In this document: piece by piece, positions 59,590 to 64,000 of the stretch
How positions within the stretch are numbered: the stretch's first letter is position 1
Layout: every line of letters starts with the position of its first letter
Assembly (NCBI GenBank): GCA_965112155.1
Contig: OZ218107.1
DNA from: Podarcis liolepis
Lineage: Eukaryota
Direction: 5' to 3' (one strand)
DNA: 64,000 nucleotides
Made by a program: the position numbers and the translations under genes
The notes under the pieces: model-generated
The model's input: the letters and a program-made list of their open reading frames with translations, nothing else
Told to the model about the DNA's origin: nothing
The model's database searches: none

Positions 59590-61979
59590 ATTTGTGGACT
59601 TAACTTCTCTCCCCCACCCCGGCCCGATGATGTGAACAAACATCAACTGTAGTCACAACAAGTGAACTACAGCAATTTACACTATTTTCACAGAAATTAT
59701 CCAACATCCCTAGAAGCGGATGTTGGATAATTTGAGGTGACTGAAACCCCTTTTGGCTGTGCTGTACCTTCACTATCATAAACAACTGTCTCATGTGGGC
59801 CACTTAGTCCTTTTGGTATCCTGCCATATTCCAACTCCACTTAGGTGACCTTTCAGGACCCAAGCTCATACCCCCCCCCCCTATACGGGGATGCAATGTT
59901 CTGCATCCAGGTGAAAAAAGAGGACAGGGCACGCACACCTTTAATAGTGATGTAGAAGAGGGGTTTTTTTAGCAGCTTGCAGTAGCAGTGAGTATGGTGG
60001 GAAGGCCACTGATAAAACAATGAGAGAAATGAGAAGTAGTCCACTCCCAGTCGCACCAGGGAAAGGAGGCATGTGGCTCTGCAGAAGCTGTTTGACAATT
60101 CCAAGCATTCTCAACTGCTGGCCGTGCTGACTGGGGCTGATGAGAATCGGAGTCCAACCACCTTGAGAAGAGCACAGGTTCTCCATTCATATTTTATTCT
60201 CACCACCAGTAAGCCATAGCCTGGATCAGAGCAGCTTAAGCTCAAAATGTGTGGTGGCACCAAAGGAGAGAGAAGGTTCAGCCAGCAAAATCTACGACTC
60301 TACTCCCAAAGCACATACTATTCCCATTCTTTTGCCCGATTTCTCCTCTCCTAGCAGCACTCTGGCCTGCTTCGACTAACAATGGGACAAGGCTTGTATA
60401 CACATCATTTGTACCTCTCATTGTGTTTTCTGTGAAACCTCAGGGGATATCCAACGACAAACTTTGGTTCTGGTGAGACTCCAGGTCAAAAGGCTTTGCA
60501 ATGTGAGAGCTGGCATCAGTGCCTCATTTCTACCATTCTCTTTTCACCACAAGCTGAGATGTGATTAACAGCAGGCTGTTCTCTTCAGTGCTGTGCATTC
60601 TAAGAGACAGATGGCACACCCTGTGCCACAGATCCTCACGGACTCTTCTAGACAACTGAGTATATTCGTAAGCATTCAGAAGCGCAACCCAAGGTTGCCT
60701 CCAGGTTATCAGGATGCATTCAATCACATGCCAGAAATTTAGGTTTGCACAATGGAAGTGGGTTAAAGTGCTCTCTCACCCTAGCACAACCAACCTACTT
60801 TTTAAAAATCAGTGGGGTGTATGGTACGTACACTGACACCTTTTAACAGCCATGTAAACTTCGTGCAAGCAAATTAGGATGACTGATCAATAAACAGGTC
60901 AGCTGGAGGAGCCTGTAAGCATCAAGCACACTCCCAGTTTTCTAATTACCTTAGTCCTATGGCCATATCCTGCTACCTACACAAAAACATTCTGAGGTCA
61001 AGGGTTGCTACGCTGTCCCATATAAATACTTCTTAACAAGCATTTTATTTTACTCCTTTTTTAAAAGTTAATTATCAATGCATCAGCACTCAAAAATAGC
61101 TACACAGGTTCTTCCCATGCTCAGTTTTGTTCATATTATTAAAGGAAATAAATGATGATTCTTAAAGTATATGAGGGATCTTCACTTGCAAAGGTCTAAC
61201 TTTGTGACAGAAGCAACCATGATATTTGTAAATTCTATTCTAAAATGTGTAGTTGATGAGGGGTTTTTTGTTTTGTTTTTTAAAGAGGAAGCTCTAAATG
61301 AATTATTTGCGGCAACATTGATTTAGGAAACCAGCATTGTATTGTCAAAAAGGAAGAGGCACACAGCTAACAAGAGTAAAATGTAATCTCTTATAGATGT
61401 TAAATATGTATTAAAATGCAGCAATGATTCACAATAGTGCAAATATGCAGTTCTCAAATTGTAGGAATTATTTCCTGTCATGTCATCTTTTGAAAATAAA
61501 TAGCTTTGCAGAAGTAAAGTGGGGGGAAAGCCATTAATTTTTGTAAAAGGAAGCCTCTCAAACACCACATAATTAAACTGGGTGGATGATTTTGAATTGA
61601 TCAATTGTCAAAAAGGGAAAAAAATGAGCATGTTAGAAATGGAGCAAAGGCTAAAACTCTGCCTGTGGATGTTCCTGTCTAATTCAGATTATCACCTTGT
61701 TGTCCTCCAAAGGAAGTTGTTCTGCCAAAACAGTGAGTAGATCATATGATTAGAGCAACTTTCCCCAGCATTCCAGATTTTTGGGAGTTCATCTCTGATC
61801 AGTCCCAGCTGGGGAGATGGCTGGGACTGATAGGAGATATAGTCTGAAATATCTGGATGGGACCAAATTGAGGAAGGCTCACTGAGTGTATACATACATG
61901 CACTGCTATGGTGTTTATCCACTTAAACCTGTGTGAGACATGATTCCAGAACCTCTTCTAACACATCAGCAAGCTTTTT

Positions 61980-63355
61980 TGCTGCTTTAGAACTCAGCGG
62001 TCAGCAGCTGACATGATTTTCTCACTGGGTCAGTTGCAGGAGAAATGCTGAGAGCCTTTGACCTCATCTGCTGAAGAGGACTCTTCACACTGCTCAACAA
62101 GATAGGATGCCCACATAAGCTTCATAAGATGGTTGTGTCCTTCCATGAGAATATGTGTAGCACCATCCAGTATTAGGACTCATCCCTGGATGCCTTCCCT
62201 ATAAAGAGTGATGTGAAACAGAGTTGTGTTCCTGGCCCAACTCTCTTTGTCATGTTCTTCTTCTTGCTGCTTTCATATGCCTTCAGCTAGACTGAAGATG
62301 GTGTATACATCTGTTCAAGGAGCAATAGCGGTATGTTCAACATGGCACATCTCTGTGACAAGACAAAAGTGTGTGGGGGGGTCTAACATCCAACATCCCA
62401 AAGATGATGTTTGCAGATCACACAGCATTGACAGTGCACTCTGATGAAGCTCTGCAGAGGCTCATCAAATATTCTGTCCAAGCCTGCAAGGACCTCAGCC
62501 TGACATCACAAGAACTGCATGCGTTAGCATTGGTGGCTTACAGACTTGAGGTGGTAGATGATTGTGTCTATCTGGGTTCCACCATAACCAGCAACCTCTC
62601 TATTGATGCTGAACTGGATAAACGTATTAGCAAGGCAGCTATGGCAATGGCTCACTTCTCCAAAAGGGTATGGGGAGAATATGATGCTAACAACCAATGC
62701 AAAGAGGAAGGTCTGCCAGGCTTCTGTGCTGAGCATGCTGCTTTATGGAAGTGAGTTGTGAGCAACTTACAACTGCCAGGGGCAATGCCTCAATGCCTTT
62801 CACATGTACTGTGTCAGGAGGATTTTGGCAGTTCAGAGTTTCAAACAAAGATCTGTTCTCCCAAGCCCACATTTCAAGCACGTTTGCACTCCTGTTTCAG
62901 CAACATCTCTGTTGGCTTGATCCTGTCCACAGAATGAAAGATGGCAGGATACCCAAATATGTGCTCTGTGGGGAGCTGGCTTCAAGCACTGGGCCTACTG
63001 GCAGATTGACTCTGCTTACACAGATGTCGGCAAATGTGACATGAAGACTGGCAACATCAACCCCTTGCAGATAGTTGCAGTGCCTGGAGAAAGACAGACA
63101 GGTTGTGTATCCACAGTGGTGCCCAGAGGAGCAATGACCACTGGGAGTTGCTCAGAGAACAGAAACATGCTGGTGCATCTGCAGGAGCACAACCAGTTGC
63201 CTTCATCTGCCCCAGCTGCAACAAAACATGTCTCTACTGTATTGGTCTCTACAGCCACAGCAGGCATTGTTACTCTCCAACGGTTTGACTTCACCCCCAA
63301 AGGTGCACTGTTCCATTGTCTCCCAAGGCAGACGGATGCCAACAGATCCAACAAC
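61980..63355 (+). mobile_element. 5'-truncated, decayed RTE-clade LINE (non-BovB; reverse transcriptase and C-terminal region)
   Basis: Broken frames give FRTQRSAADMIFSLGQLQEKC, GLFTLLNKIGCPHKL, FPIKSDVKQSCVPGPTLF, MFADH (62410-62421, decayed FADD), LEVVDDCVYLGSTI, LLYGSE, RMKDGRIPKYVLCGEL and the terminal FICPSCNKTCLYCIGLYSHSRHC zinc-finger-like motif, then a short 3'UTR with a CAA-rich tail. Confidence 0.92.
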
Positions 63356-63554
63356 ATTGCTCATTGGCACACTTTCCCTGTGAGAGTCAGCTGTGTCTTG
63401 GATGGGAGCATGGTATGGTAATTGATCTTTCTTCTATCTAAACAGCCTGCGGGGCATTTTTTGAGCAACAAACAAACAGCAGTGGAACAGCCATTCATGA
63501 CTATTTTGCCCAAACAAATGGACTTTGTGTGGTGTGGGGTAGGGCAAGGCATTT

Positions 63555-63663
63555 AGGAATATAAGAAGCTGCCTTTACAGAATCTATCTCAGTGTTGTCC
63601 ACACTGATTGGCAATGGGTCTCCAGTCTTTCATGCAGGAGCATTCCCAATCCTACACAGAGAT
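63555..63663 (-). mobile_element. Squam3-like SINE 3' part abutting a Sauria SINE
   Basis: gaagctgcctt...cacactgattggcaatgggtctccag matches the tail and body of the 18485 copy. Confidence 0.6.
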
Positions 63664-64000
63664 AGGTAAAGGTAAAGGGACCCCTGACCATTAGGTCCAG
63701 TCGTGGATGACTCTGGGGTTGCGGCGCTCATCTCGCTTTACTGGCTGAGGGAGTCGGCGTACAGCTTCCAGGTCATGTAGCCAGCATGACTAAGCTGCTT
63801 CTGGCGAACCAGAGCAGCGCACGGAAACACCGTTTACCTTCGCGCCGGAGCGGTACCTATTTATCTACTTGCACTTTGACGTGCATTTGAACTGCTAGGT
63901 TGGCAGGAGCAGGGACCGAGCAACGGGAGCTGACCCCATCGCGGGGATTTGAACTGCTGACCTTCTGATCAGAAAGCCCTAGGCTCTGTGGTTTAACCCA
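63664..64000 (-). mobile_element. Sauria SINE, variant B, running off the window end
   Basis: Reverse complement of the Sauria SINE body, with the (ACCTTT)n tail seen as aggtaaaggtaaaggg at 63664. Confidence 0.92.

Noticed and set aside
59292-59646. ORFs spanning the N run
   Set aside because: Artefacts of the assembly gap.

Overview
Vertebrate, almost entirely non-coding genomic DNA. The repeat content (four Sauria SINEs, Tc1/mariner and hAT MITEs, CR1/L2/RTE fragments) points to a squamate, most likely a lacertid lizard; this is inferred from recalled repeat families, not a database search. No intact protein-coding exon or CRISPR-type feature could be supported, and the supplied ORFs are chance ORFs or decayed transposon frames. 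The main host feature is a CpG-island promoter at about 27.7-29.25 kb, with opposed CCAAT boxes, a GC box and G4/Z-DNA-prone tracts. It has an ATG-less minus-strand first exon ending at a CAG|gtaagg donor (28231), so 1-28230 is probably a long first intron of a gene I cannot identify. Splice signals also suggest a divergent plus-strand spliced RNA and a 41-nt minus-strand micro-exon at 41873-41913. Mobile DNA includes a decayed Tigger/pogo transposon (4746-6992) carrying two nested insertions, a 5'-truncated non-BovB RTE LINE (about 61.98-63.35 kb) with a separate 3' tail, a 240-bp solo LTR with a perfect 5-bp TSD, a tRNA-Lys/CR1 SINE, a 5S-derived SINE fragment and many foldback elements. There is a 213-nt assembly gap at 59377-59589. 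I found no convincing evidence of a new multi-gene biological system; the findings are modest, testable leads.
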